Assembly: GCA_030704615.1 (NCBI GenBank)
Contig: CM060734.1
Location: 29,636,001 to 29,700,000 of the forward strand
Length of the DNA: 64,000 bases
Direction of reading: 5' to 3'
Origin: Takakia lepidozioides
Taxonomy: Eukaryota > Plantae > Bryophyta
A program made the position numbers and the translations under genes. Positions 11,878-25,286 of this stretch are shown here, piece after piece. Below the pieces are notes generated by a model. It saw nothing but the letters and a program-made list of their open reading frames with translations, searched no databases and was not told the origin of the DNA. Position 1 is the stretch's first letter. The number at the start of each line of letters is the position of its first letter.

Positions 11878-14800
11878 TCATCCCGGCATCAGATAGGGAG
11901 TTAACTTCACATGCCATCCAGACTGCAAGACTGCCTGGTCAACAGAAGTTGCTCGACTGCTGTCTTTGAGGGTGACGTAGCACTTAGTCTGATCCAGCCA
12001 AACAATGCGAGTGATGTCACAATCCATGGTGCTGAAGCGCAACATTATCTCATCTCTGGATGGTAAGGGCAAGGAATCGCTTGCAGTCAACAGGAATAAA
12101 TTGGAGCGGTCTGGAATTGGAATCGGCCCTTGCAATGGAAGGTAGGGCAGGTCACTTCGCATCATGCACACCCTGTCCATATAGGCTTGCACACTCTGCA
12201 CCATGACAGGGACATTGCGTGTTCAATGTGGTCGGCAATTAGACATGAAACACTAGAGCAGGAAACACAAAGCACATTGCATCAATGTCGAGCAAGCACA
12301 CCTGCAAATCCAAACAGCACTCCCCCAGTGCAGAAGCAGAGGAGCCGCTGCTTCGAGCCTCCAGGAGCTTAGAAATCCATATAAAAATTGTACCTGTCAT
12401 ATATGCATCATAGCTGGGTCCATAGAAATTCACCTTGTCAGTATTATCATGGCTGCATGAGTCACATGTCTATGAAATCTGTGCAGTGGCCATCCAAGCC
12501 TCCGCAATCAATGGCAATCCAGACCATGGAGCTAGGGGCATAAAGGACTGCTGCCACTTTGATTCATCCACTACCTTCAGAGGGCTCGATGAACAAGTCA
12601 AATAATATGTTTTCTGACATCTAATATTGGTATCATCGTCACCACCAGCCTCCATGGCAATTTTGGCTCCACATGGGAGCTCGGGACTGGGGAAGGCTTG
12701 GTCCCATGCCCTCCATGGGTTTTTGGACCATTGATCTCCAATTACATTGCTCCACAGAAAAGAAAGTCATTAAAACCTCAACGTCCACCACCTGAACTTA
12801 CCCAGCTTCATGGCTGCAGCTTTTGTTGGCACCTACGTTCTTATATCTATCAAAGAGGCTGGCATGCATGACCCTAGGCAACCCCACTTTGGTCAGCTCA
12901 CCCCGTGTGTCTGTTATACCTGCCAAAGAAAGGTAGGATGCATGTAAAATCAGGAGACATGTCAGCAAAATTGGAAGACCATCAGCAATACAAGGAGCAA
13001 GCAAGCTACATTACATGCTCCACTCATTTAGGCAATTAAGGCAACATACTCTCCGTGAGGTCTGCGAGGAGGACGTGTGCACAGCCATCCTCAACCCCTG
13101 AACAACTTGTTGGATGCAAAATACCCTTGCCATTGACTTCATCTTCAGCAGGTATGTGCTTTCTTGCCAATGTAGTCTGAATGTCGTCCAGGGACGTAGA
13201 AGGGAATACCTTGGGAAACAACGCTGCAAGGTACTTTGTGTCATAAATTCCCCCTGGGAACAGAACCTTCACCTGTTCATCACCCAACCCTATTCTGCCC
13301 TTAAAACACCTAAGTAGCCCTATCCTACATCGATATCAGCACTTAGGCCCAACTTGAGTGACTCAACAAGGTGCTCCTGGATGCAACTAAACTGCTATTG
13401 TGCTTCCATCTCTGCACTAACTCCTCCCAAGATGGTAAGCTTCAAAATCAGAATATGAAACTGCTTCGGCTACGCTATCACAAAGATTAGAGGCACCACA
13501 ATGTTCAATCCCTGATGTCATTTCCTACCTTTTCATACATCCAATGGACAAAGTCACATCAACAAATTCCCCCAGTTAGAAGGCAACATACCCTTAGATA
13601 GTTCCACAGATGTCAACTCAAGACTGTTGCATCCATCTCTTAGATTGTAAATGTGGGGAAACCAACTTAATATATGCAAAGAGGAAGCCAAGAACCCTCA
13701 ACCCTAACCTGATAGATTAGTGGGTAGTTTATACTAGTCTACTTACAAGATACTGCCATAGAGAAGGATCTCCCCAGAGAACTTTGGCAACAGGAAACTG
13801 CCAGTCAGTTGAGAGTGGTCATCACAGACATGCAAGCATACATCTATCCGGTCATCAACAGATTCTATGGGAATTTCTGGCTCGGGATTGGAGCAAAGAG
13901 ATTGAGCTAAATATTCACTAGGCAAGCCAGATGAGGACTGCAAAATGTTCGAGTGTCCTGCTATCTTAAGACAAGGAGGCACTCACTATCACCACAGTTG
14001 TGGCAGGTAGTCCCTCGTACTGCAAAGAGCACAAAAAGCCCAGTTGCTGACCTGCTCTCGAAATTCATTCAAGGTTGGAGGAAGGGGCCCAACAAACTGC
14101 TGGTGGAGATACGCCAGATCTAGCAACATATTGTGCCCCACGACGGGCTTGTTGCAACTTGCCAGGGCCTGCATCACATGTGCAAAGCCAACGGCACGTT
14201 CCATCTGCCGCTGCCTCTTTGCCGCCACCTCTGATTCCTGTGCTGCTATTACTGCTGGGGTTGCTCTTGTCAACTTCAAGCTAGACCTACGACTCCCACC
14301 GTTTGGCTGCCACCCCACTACACACATCAGTATCCCCCAGACACATCAAGAGCTCTCTATCCTCTAAACCCTGCTGAGGCAAGATATGAATACAGAAACA
14401 TCCCTCTCCTTTAGTTAAATGGTTTCCTGTTGTTCCATTTTGTGTTGGTGTCCTGCGGATATTTAAATTTCTTAACTCCTTACTTCCTTCTTTAGGATGA
14501 TACTTTTCTTTGGTTTCTGTGGTTCTACTGAGTTGGTCTATGGACCCTTTGGGCCTCTCCAGGAAGTAATAGATTGAACCTCTATTTCTTTCTTTCTCAC
14601 TCTACTTGGCATAGGACTTCAGCTATGCATAAAGCTCTGTGTCTGGAGTTTCTAACACATTCTTTTGGTTCTCTCTTGTCCTATGTCCAGTGGGCGCTCT
14701 TAAGGCTCCCTGGGGACGGTAATAGATCTCTCTTCCTTCTTTCTTCTCTCTGTTTGGGGACCAGACTGACTGGCAGCCTTACCTGCATAAGGTACTGTCT

Positions 14801-17662
14801 TTGGGTGACATTTTTGGGTGACATTTTTGGGTGACTTTTGGTGTATATTGATGACTGAATCAACAAATGACACAACAAAATTGCTAACTGTGGAAGGTGT
14901 TAAACAGTTTAAATTATGAAGCATCCAGGCAACCCTCCACGGTACTACAGCTGTTTTCAAGACACAGAAAGTACCTGTAACCGCTCCACATAAAATTCAG
15001 ATTTGCCAAACTCATGCTCCAACTGCTGATATAGAGCTGCACGCAAATAGCTGTTACTGGGCTCCAATACCAGAGTTGCAGGTCCCAAGTCCAAGCCACT
15101 CTCGGGAACACTTGGCTGTGTGCTTTCAACCCAACAGCGAATATTCTCCATCTGTTGAGCAACAAAATTGCGGTCTTCCTCTTGTTTCAAAACTAATGGG
15201 TGTCTGGGTACTCGCAGTTCCGTACTCTTCTCTGCCCTTAGCTGCTCCAGTGTGATGTACGGAATTCCTGCATGACAGTTATACATGCATTGATGTACAT
15301 GCTGCTGCATATGCCTCCTATACCCCCACACGAAGACCCTAAGCAGCTTCCTTGAGCTAAGAGTAAAGGTAGAACAGGCCTGCACGCATGCAGGGCCCTA
15401 CAAAAACCTGATGGATACATGATGTGCAACTTGGTCAGACACCAGTAGTAATATTTTTGTGCTGTTGCGGTACCTTGTTGAGGCTCAACTATCATTCAAT
15501 TGAGGTGAAATAGGGAGCCTGAGTAGTGCACACAGAGAGATAAGCGGGGGGAAAGGCTGGGGAGCAAGAGAAGAGAAGCAGAGAATACAGGTGTCTACCT
15601 GGCATTTGCCGATGCAACACTAGAGCCACACAAAGAAACAAAAAGGAGATCCAACAGTAAGACAAATTGACCCAGACTGACAATTGTGCTTCAGAATGCT
15701 TCCTTCCTGCGTCCTGGTCACCTTCTCACCTGCATTGAACATAGGGCAATCTGTTCAGAGCTTGTACACTAAAACCTGTCACTCTGCAGTCCTGGCAAAC
15801 CATGCACAACAAGCTCATTTCCAGGTGTGCTACACAGCTCATGACCGAAAACCTAACAACTACTACTCATGACTATTAAGACAGCATTTTAAAGCTCTCA
15901 ACAATTGAGTTCTCATACTAACATAATTTGCAAGTCAGAAACCCACCTGAATAGACAAACTTATTGAAGTCAAAACCATGTTCCCGAAGAAAATCGAAGG
16001 ATGAGGCCTGCAGCATGTAAATACAATGTCAATCAAAATGGAACACTCTGTCATATGGGGTAAACTTTGTCCAATAACAAACACTTTTCACAAGACCTTC
16101 ACATAAACCTTCATCTTTACCTGGCAGGTGAATCGTATGTCAGTGCCTCCGTTTGAATGAGGAAAAATGTAAAAATTGAAGGTTTGTGCCTGATAGCAGC
16201 CCTCCTCCACGCTCCAATTGAATGTCGCCAAACCAAACTAACAACCAGCTACAAGTTAATAGCCAGGAAAATACCGCAAAGGGTTACAGATCATATGTTA
16301 GAACAAACGTCTTCTCCCAGACTCACCATTTCTGATGCTAGCTGACTGCTACAATGCTCAACACAGATCCTTATTACACAAGTTCCTGCCTTGACATCAA
16401 TGTAGCAATCCACATACTAACAGTTTCCAAAAAATGGGCCACTATCATGTCATCCTCAGCAATTTTATACTGGAGTGAATGTCATGGTATATGCAATCTT
16501 CATCTCCTTTTAAGCAGAGATGAAATGGCCTGTCATCCTACACTGGCTATTTCAACTCTCTTAGTTTCAGGCATTTTGAAGACCCAAATAAAAGTTAAAA
16601 TTATGTATCATACCGTATACACCTCACATCTATTTTGAGCAGCTTCAGAGCTGCTTTTAAACAACGGGTGCAAGAAATTGACTTCTGCAGTCAGTGTCAT
16701 TAAAAAGCCACAATTGCCAGTGCTCATACATCAAAATCTGCCATACTTTACAGAGCTGCTCCCCCAGAAGAGGCCAAGCACCTGCCTAGAAGCTTGGTCG
16801 ATAGACATAATGTTCACGACAACGGTAAAGGGATTAGGGTGCTTCTACCTGCATGATAAGAAAGTGTTGTGCGGAATTTCTAACTTTCGCGTAACGCTGC
16901 TCAGCGTCATCCAACACATCCTCCCTTCTGCAGAAACAAGCGTATACTTCTGATGTGCTAAATTGCTCCCTTCGGTGCATGGCTTCCCAAATCATGCTTC
17001 GACCACTCTCGATACAAGCGAAGCCCTCTGGACAGAGTGACTATCACAACCCGATAAACGCACCCTTTGTTTTCCACCATCTCTACCATTCGTCAGCACG
17101 TAGTTCTACCAAGAAGACCCTAAGCTTTAAAAATGTTCCAGTACCAGAAAATATGTCACCCTAAACCCCAACCCCTGCATACATTTACCACAACAACTAA
17201 GATGAATGCTGGATGCGATCCAACGTAGTTACGAGTGCCTACAACAGCCTTACTATCAACTGTTTCCTCCCTTCGAAGCTGGGTTGTTTCATTGTCAAAA
17301 CTACTCGAAAAAGACTTCCAGTATTAGCACAACACCGAGACGCATGGTCTACTAAGAAACGCGTGCATCAGCTGAAAACGAGCTCAGTCCAGAAATAAAA
17401 GAGCAACAGTTGTACAAGTAAAGATCGAAAGAACAAATTGGGCAATGAACCCACACTAGTTCTCCTATCCATACCAAAGACAAACAGGACAACCACCATG
17501 AGTTGCAGCACTGGATGCAGTTCCCACTTTCTGCAAAATTTACCGGGGATTGGAGAGAGAAAGTCCCGTGAATTCCCCGTCTATTGCGCAGAACTGGCAG
17601 CAACTGAGAGAGTTGTGAATGCGGGGAAGCACATCCTCGAAGTTGCTACTGGTGACCTCCAT
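11878..17662 (-). CDS. PARN: Poly(A)-specific ribonuclease PARN (CAF1/DEDDh nuclease with R3H-like insert and RRM-like C-terminus), multi-exon
   Basis: Exons translate to MEVTSSNFEDVLPRI...CAIDGEFTGL (17662-), QRYAKVRNSAQHFLIMQ, QTFNFYIFP, ASSFDFLREHGFDFNK, NSYLRAALYQQL, KPVVGHNMLLDL, IYDTKYLA and SHEAG. Exact exon borders and the stop are approximate. Confidence 0.85.
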
Positions 17663-18130
17663 CTCTCCCGCCTTCCAGCAAGTGCACACTCCACAAGACA
17701 GCCAAAAGGCGATCGCAGGATGTCAAGTTGCCATGCCACCATGCATTCTGACTATACCATCCAATGAACATCCTTGTGGATCGATCACACATGGGAACTT
17801 TTACTTAACCCTCTCTATAAACGTACAAATCCTAAACAGACTGTCGCAGCTTAGTAAAAACATCATGAAAACATTCACTTAACGCTTAAGGGCCCACCAT
17901 TGGGCCCAAAAAACTGACATCTGGCAAGTTAACTGAGGCTACACACCTACCTTGTTACATCCCAAAAAAATGAACCTTGCCAGATTCACCTTGGCTACCA
18001 TGTAGCCTACATCAACTCAACAAATTGCAGAGAAATTAACCATACGACTTACAGAGATAATAGGGTAGCATGTGCCGTTGGCCCAAGTGTCCAGTCCAAG
18101 TGCTTCTCCTATGTCGAGGCCCATGTGTGA

Positions 18131-19200
18131 ATTTTATTTTATTTTTATTTTTTTAAGAGAACAGGGGAATAGGGGCCCTGATCAAACTTTATTGAAGAAG
18201 CGGGGTACAGAGGAGGAAAAAATAACCTCCGAAAGGGCCGTAAAGCTAAGCGCACGGGAAACACCCTGAACCGAAGGGAAGGGGGAGGGAAGCGGGATAT
18301 GTAGGATTTTTCCGAGCAAGATGAGCAAGGACACTAGCAACGAATAGAGAGAAATAACAATCAGATAAGGAAGCTAAACCAAAGCATAGAGCCGCTGGCA
18401 CTACTGAAGGCGTGATGATCAGAACAAAGGAGAGCACTGGCACCGCTGAAGTCCAAGTGGGCTTTGGATTTGGGAAGTCGTAGCTTCTGATGGCGCCAAT
18501 TGACCTCAGGATCGGCAGATTCAGTGGGTGACTTCCCATTGCTTGGGGAATTCATCATTCCAAACGATTCTTGAATCAGAGACCCTAGAGCAGAGGAAAT
18601 TGTCTTTTGCCAAGGTGATATCGAAAGCCGAGAACAGTTGAGCTCGCCTCCTGCTGCCACACCTGTTGGAAGCTGTTTGCAGGGACACCCACGCCTTACG
18701 CCCCTTAGGCATCAGATCTGAGAACACTTTATGTAAAATGAATCTGATGCTGGGGCTCTTACCCTCAAACACATGAACACATCTGACTCTCCACAGGGAC
18801 CACAATGTGTGTGCACGCAGGCAGGCCCAAATGGGGCAGGCATTCCAGATAGAGCCATTGTGAACATTAAGTAGGCAGAGATTGGGAGAAAGAACCGGAA
18901 GAGAGTCCCATCTGGCATAGAAACTCGAAACCATTCTCTAGACTGTGGAGGCCGAGCGGCAGGAAACCAGGCAATGTTCTATGGATTCATTCTCGCCCCT
19001 ATCACACATCGTACATACAGGGGATCCATTGTCAAAGAAAGCGGCTACTGGCAAGATACGGTTGGCTACTTTCCACAGAAAGCCGCTGACTTTGGCGGAT
19101 CGTTGCTTAAGCCAGATGTCTTTCGAGACGAGCTTCCAATCAAACAGATTGCCCGTAACGCCCCATTTGCGGAAGAATTGAAATCGATACACTAAAATGA
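18131..19200 (-). mobile_element. 5'-truncated L1-clade LINE (zf-RVT end, 3' UTR, tail)
   Basis: KVSGFLWKVANRILP...CTMC...ESIEHCLVSC and LWSLWRVRC. T-rich tail at 18131-18155. Related to the copy at 701-2128. Confidence 0.85.
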
Positions 19201-19803
19201 AGTTGGATGGTTTTTTTTTTCTTTTTTTCCTTTTTCTTAGGTTTATTTGCAGGGAAAAAAATTAAAACCCCATTGAAACGCCATACAGGCACACACACCG
19301 GAATCAGTGATAGTAGAACTGCCCTCATATGATGAGTGGATCAGAGTCGAATCTCATCCTACATGGATGAATGAATCTCCGTAGTGGAGCTGCGGAAGAG
19401 AACAGGCCCCATGGGTCTCCATCCAACATGGATGATACCTTCTCCTATCTGTTGATTGATGTTTGTTTAGTTACAAAAAAATGCGGTGTGTTACATGAAT
19501 GAACTAATGTTTAAAGAATATTGTAAACATGAACAAAGTGAGCAACAATGTAATGTGCTATTTTTCATGAATTTCCAGCGACTTGGTACCATTGGAAAGC
19601 CCTCGATGAGGAGGGGTGCACAGACTTAGTCTCATAAATTTGGATCTGCTGGAAATTCAGGGTTGGCCCCACGGTTGGGATACCTCAACGCTACAAAACA
19701 AAACAAAACAAGCGGCTAGTCGTGTAATGGCTCCACCCTAAAAGTCAAAAGAAATTCTTAAAATATTATATTAAAATAAGGCAATGACATATTCAAACTA
19801 TAT

Positions 19804-19960
19804 TTAACCCTTAAGTTCCCAAGCGACCTGAATCGGGTCACTTTGAATTTGCAATTCCACCTAATTTTTGCAGATCTAATCTGATGGGGCCCACTCTTGA
19901 AGCTTTAATGACAAGGGATTTGTCTCGAGTATGATGCAAAAAACAAAATTTAAAAAAAAA
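19804..19960 (+). mobile_element. One arm of a piggyBac-like non-autonomous element (TTAA + 17-bp terminal repeat CCCTTAAGTTCCCAAGC)
   Basis: The same TTAACCCTTAAGTTCCCAAGC occurs at 21973. The two become inverted termini if 19961-22641 is flipped back. Confidence 0.6.
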
Positions 19961-20257
19961 CACCAAGGGCACCTTTGCTAAAGGAATCCACCCTAAAAGC
20001 CCTCACCACACTCCCTCTCAATACCTAGAGCTATGGAGGTGGGAGAGGCTCATGGAGGCTCAACTACAAGAAGATGAGCCCTCCTCAACCCTCACAAGGG
20101 GAAAATCCATCCCCATGTCCCAAGTGAGGCTTGACACCTCACTTGGCACATGAGACCAAATGAAGTCCCAACACACAAAATGCACATATAAATATCCAAA
20201 ATATCCTAGTTAACTAGAAGTAGGTAATTCTAGTTAACCATGACTAAAACCATGACA
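19961..20257 (-). repeat. 5' part of the A terminal repeat of Ty3/gypsy element 2, displaced by inversion
   Basis: The minus strand begins TGTC and contains gggctcatcttcttgtagttgagcc and gtggattcc...ggtgcccttgg. These are homologous to A of element 1 (gaggctcatctttctcgagttgagcc; gtggattcc...ggtgcacttgg). Confidence 0.75.
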
Positions 20258-21619
20258 AAAGCTCCAGAGAGCTACCATGTCCTCATTGTCAACACTGGCA
20301 AACGGTGGGGAGCTGGAGAAACTGGGGTATAGAAAGGGTTCTGAGTTGATGTTGATGTCCCACAAAGCACATAGGCGAAAGCTCCACAGAACCACCATGT
20401 CCTCATTATCAACACTGGCCGCTGTTAAGCATCCACTTTGAACCCTACATTCTCGCTGGGTATTCAGAGTCACATCTGCACTGGTTAGAGCCACCATGAG
20501 ACGTTTGTATATGCTAGCTTGGGATGTGAATATAATAATCTAAGTCGTGCACTGATGTTTCACATACACTTGATTTCAGGGCCTTGCAAGAGATAATCCA
20601 GTGGCCCCAAATTTTGCTAGTGTCTAGGCGTAATGCAGCCATTGGAATTCAATTTAGATGTGACATGTATGATTCCTTCTATCAACATGCTTTAGTGGCT
20701 AGCAAGGTGGACATCAGGGGTTGTCCTTTCCATATTGGACCATTCGGTCGCTCGTTAGAGAATATGTCCAGATATGAGCAAGTATTATTTCCAGGTCTTT
20801 CGGCAGCAAGGAGTTTGATGTAGGCCCTTTCTTTCAGGTGGTTTGCAGCAGACAAGTTTTTGGATGCACCATTGTTATTTTTTGATAAAAGAGAGCCCAT
20901 CATACCTCCCAAAACCCCTGAGGAAGGCCTTGGCTTGGTTCTTCACCACATGGTCTGTTTTTGTGCCCTCTCTAACTTGTATGTCATTACCTGCACACAC
21001 CTGTTCCTCTATAGATTATTACTTTTCTTTCTCTAGTTCCTAAAATGTTATCTGCCCTCTTATTTCCTATTCCCCTACACCAGAATCGGTTGGGGTATGC
21101 AATTTATCATCCGTCAAGACAGAAGTGTAGTTATTGATGCTTGCATATGATGGTTGGATATGATATATCCTCCTGGGGATATGCCCGAAGGGCTCGTAAC
21201 CTTTTTGCGGTCAGTCCTAGTTTTTCACTTGTCAAGGGTGTGAAAGCGAGCTTGGTCTTTTTGTAGTGCCTCTCCTTAATCAACAAAAGGTTGCTTGAGT
21301 GTTGGTGTATGGGCAGAGAGGGGTAGTGCACGCACATGTGCATCCCACAGTTTTGTGACCTTGGAATTGTGGGAGGTTGTGCTACTTTGCAAGTTCAGAT
21401 TGTGTGAGCACCGTGATTGTTATTTTTTCGTTTTGGTTTTTACATGGTGCTCATGGCTTCATTCCAAATTTCGTTAACATAGGCTCAAATTCAAGTTGTG
21501 GTCTATCCTCTGCTTGGGAAGGCCGAGGGATGGGAATGCCTCTTCTAACATTTGTAGCATGTGAGGACACTATGTGCGCGTGAAAGAGGCTCTATAGACT
21601 TTAGATTCAAATGCCTACA

Positions 21620-21830
21620 ACATTTCAATACTTCAAAGTTTCAGTATTTCAATATGTCAATCAGGATTTTCAACAAGTATTTCAGTATTTCAGCCAGTAT
21701 TTCAATAATTCAGCCAGATTTTCAGCCAGTAATTGAAATTCAGTCAGATTCAGCAAGTATTTTAATATTTCAGCTAGTTCTTCTGCAAGTATTTCAATAT
21801 CTCAGTTAGTATTTCACCAAGCATCTAAAT
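21620..21830. repeat. AT-rich degenerate short tandem repeat (ATTTCAG/ATTTCAA units)
   Basis: Repeated atttcag/atttcaa/attcagc units are visible. Confidence 0.6.
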
Positions 21831-21972
21831 GTTTTAATAATTAGTAAACCTGAAGATCAATTTTGTAATATCATACATCAATAAAGTTCTCTCAAGGTCT
21901 TTGTCCCCGGCTTTATATGAATAAATACATAAATAAATAAATAAATATTTTTTTCTCCTATGCAAAACATGT

Positions 21973-22641
21973 TTAACCCTTAAGTTCCCAAGCCCTTTTT
22001 TGACTTTTTACCAATTTTGGGTACCCAGCTGCAGTAAATTGCCCCTAGAAACCTACCAAAAATCATCCACAGATTCCAGCCTTATAGCAATGGGCCCAGC
22101 CCATTTATGTATGACATACCAAAAAATGAGCAAGTCCACCGTGGAAATTGTGAGATTATAGCGTTGGCCCGGACCTCAAATATCAGGTCCCAAAGAAAAA
22201 GTGAGAAGGAAATTGGTTTGACCAAATCAAAACCTAGCTTTCTCCAATTTTGCTTGCCCCAAGACCCACCATAACCAAATCAATAGTGGAGTGGCCATGA
22301 TCCCACTAAATTGCAGGTCCAACTGATTTTTTCACCTATGCTTGCTATTCATGCAATTACATGGGGGTTGAAATCTCAAAATTGAAAACAGAAAATGTGC
22401 CTCCAAATGAAGTACTTTTTTTTCTACAAATTTTTTAAAAGCCAATGGTGGATGTGTGTATGTAATGCTCACACACCACAAGGTGAATTGTTTTTTCCAC
22501 AATTGCAAATTTTCTGCCAAAAATGGCCTTTGGAGTGCAATCTGTTTTGGGCTTGTTTACCTGCCACGTCAGCGGTCAACAACCCTTTTCAGGCCCCAAA
22601 ACGTAAATGAGAGATCTAAGATATTTTTTGTAAGTCGCAGC
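21973..22641 (-). mobile_element. Other arm of the piggyBac-like element, inverted
   Basis: TTAA at 21973-21976 is followed by the same 17-bp terminal repeat as at 19808. Confidence 0.6.
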
Positions 22642-23657
22642 TTTTATGTGATTGAGTGGATTCATGAGTGGAGTGTTTCCATTATGTGTTCACTTTCATT
22701 ATCACTACAAGAAGATGACCTTATGCTTGTGAGTGCGGAGTGTAAGGATTAGTGTAGCACTTGTGTTGGTGTACACCAAGGAGTGAGAGAGCTAGGAAAG
22801 CTCAAGTATCTCACAAGGCTTGCAAGGTTTTGCAAGGAAGAGTGTTTTTGCATTGCATCAAAGAGGTGGAGAGCTCAAGGAGAGAGCTCTTGTGCTTGCA
22901 AGGTGTTGCAAGAAAAAACACATGTTTGGGTGTTGTTTGCACCAAGGAGTTGGAGAGCTAGGAGAGCTCTTGAGTTACAAGACTTTGCAAGTATTGCAAG
23001 GAAAAGTCTTGTATGTGTATAAGCATTATTGTGCACAAAGGGTTTGAGAGCTTGAAAAAAAACTCTTGCATCACAAGAGGAGTTTCTTGTGTGTGGAGAA
23101 GAGCGGCACATGCTTGGATTGGAAATACCATAGAAGGAGGACAACAAAGATAGCTTGAGGAGCATAGAGTAGCTCCAAAGAAGCTAAGAAGTGGTTGTTA
23201 TATCCATGGTGAAATGAAGCCAAGTGGGGTTCCATTTGGTTGACAAACAAGCAAGCTAAGGCGGCGCTAGAAATGAGTGTTTTTGCTAGTTCTATGAATT
23301 CTTGGATTGCTCTTGGTGAAGCAAGTGATTGACCAAGCAAGTGGCACATGTGTGGAGCATGCTTTCCAAGTGTGGCTTCCAATTCAAGCTTGAGGAGAGC
23401 TAGAAGGTGAAGTGAGCAAGTTCATTCCTTGTGTATGAGGTGGTGCATGTTGTGGAAGAAAAGCCAAGGAGCTACATAGGCTAGGGCTTGAAGACAACAA
23501 AAGCAACCACTTGGAGAGCATCAAGAAGCTCAAGATAACTCCAAAGGAAAGCATGTGGGGGAGAATTCTATCCATGATGATGTGAAACCAAGCTTAGAGT
23601 ATTGAAGAGCTTGGAGCACGTGTAGGAGATCATTGGAGGTGGTCTTCATGAAGAAAG
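22642..23657 (+). mobile_element. Ty3/gypsy element 2: 3' end of A repeat (CA at 22703-22704), self-complementary PBS (22705-22718) and first part of the 5' leader
   Basis: ttcattatca|ctacaagaagatga parallels element 1 ttctttatca|ctcgagaaagatga. The leader shares catgtgtggagcatgc motifs with 38200-38530 and 60240. Confidence 0.75.
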
Positions 23658-24709
23658 CACTAGAGGAAAAACGCGGAATAACCACTCTGGCAACCACTCA
23701 TTTTGAGTGGGAAAATACACCCAACCACTCTGGCCCCAAAGTGGTCTAGAACCAGTGGATCTTGACTCAGCAGTGGTTAAAGACATGACGTGTCCGAAGT
23801 GATTTAAAGATAGTGGTTACGATCACTTGCCTCCGAGTCCAGCTGTTCGCTTACGTGTTACAGTGGTAAACTAACCACTTCATAACATAGACCACTTCCA
23901 CCGTATGCGACGTGGACGCATCAACTCCGTCAATCATACTTAGCAATGGACGGACACGTGTCCGTATCCATATGGACACGTGGCCGAATCCAGTTAGGCG
24001 ATTATGGGCTCCATTATCTGGACACGTGGCGATATTGCAAATGAGCACGTGCCCTATTTGTGCTGAAAAATGCAATGACTTCACAAACAACTCTGTGAGT
24101 GAGACTTAAATGACTCTAATAGTCATGATTCGAAAATAAACAATGTATATTATCACTGAATGTGTGGTTCTAATAGTATTGATGTGTACTAAAACCACTT
24201 ACTGAGTGGTTCTACCAGTATCAATGTAGTGGTTAGGTTGTGTGCTAAAACCACTAACGAAGTGGTTCTACCAGTATTGATGTAGTGATTAGGTTGTGTG
24301 CTAAAACCACTGACGAAGTCATCCAGTGTGTCCCACCAAGTAGGAACCATGTTTTTGAATTATTACTACCAGAGTGGTATGTAAGTGATTGGGGCTACAT
24401 CTGGAGGAGTACAACCACTCTTGCATACTGTCACAGTCTTACATATACCACTGACAGAGTGGTGTGTAAGTGATTCATACATTCCCATATAATTCTCCTA
24501 CAATTCCCATACATTCGAAGTGAATCTGCAAATCCAAATGCTTTTGAAGATTCACCATTCAAAAAACAGAATAGAATCCAAGACAGTTAGTGTTGGAACA
24601 GAGTCAACAAAATCCAGCCATGATAAAGGGTGACATACTATATCTACACTACGTCTCCGCAGGCATGCTAAAAGCCATGAACTACTTTCTGCCTTTTGGT
24701 CAGTGATAG
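23658..24709 (+). mobile_element. CACTA (EnSpm) left arm: 29-bp TIR and AACCACT/AGTGGTT subterminal repeats
   Basis: CACTAGAGGAAAAACGCGGAATAACCACT at 23658, preceded by AAG. Many subterminal motifs and a ~57-bp tandem at 24190-24320. Confidence 0.9.
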
Positions 24710-25252
24710 TGTCGCGCACCTCACTTCGGTAAGCTCCCTCCCTCAAGTCATAGTTACTCGCTTGATGCGCACGCCTAACTCCCAACCTGGCCGCCGGGCC
24801 AACTTGGAGCTTTGGCTACTCACCGGGACATAACGGTCCCCCCTTGATCTCCCAAAGAACCCTCCAACGATTATAGTACGTGAACGGAAGCACGTGGCTT
24901 CCGCGTTAGCCCGCACTACAAAGCAACCCCCTCGGTAGCGCAGTTATAGTATGCGCACGCGCCAGGTGCGCACTAGCACGTGAACCCCTAAAGAAGGCGC
25001 AAGTTTCCTTGCCCCTTGGATGGGAGTCACCCGATTTCGGCACTGCGCAAACACACGATTAACCCAAATTACCTCTCCCACTTTTGTAAGCTAGCATGCA
25101 TTCTACACACTAGCCAACCACACCATGCATCAACATTCCAAACAAAATAGGACGCACAACATTTGGAACCCATTTCCTTTATAACAAATTTTTGTACAAT
25201 ACAAGTTTTTGCAATCGGATTCCTAAGCTAGCTAAGCCGGGCTAAGCATGCA
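24710..25252 (-). repeat. 3' LTR of a chromovirus Ty3/gypsy element
   Basis: TG...CA ends. A polypurine tract lies at 25253-25263 on the minus strand. The first ~150 bp match 34705-34858. Confidence 0.8.
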
Positions 25253-25286
25253 TTTCCTCCCCCACGCTCCAAGGTTGATGTCCCCA

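Noticed and set aside
20258-20420. ~42-bp imperfect direct repeat at 120-bp spacing next to the element-2 terminus, considered as a B repeat or TSD
   Set aside because: It does not resemble B, lacks TG...GACA ends and lies wholly on one flank; it is probably a local duplication.
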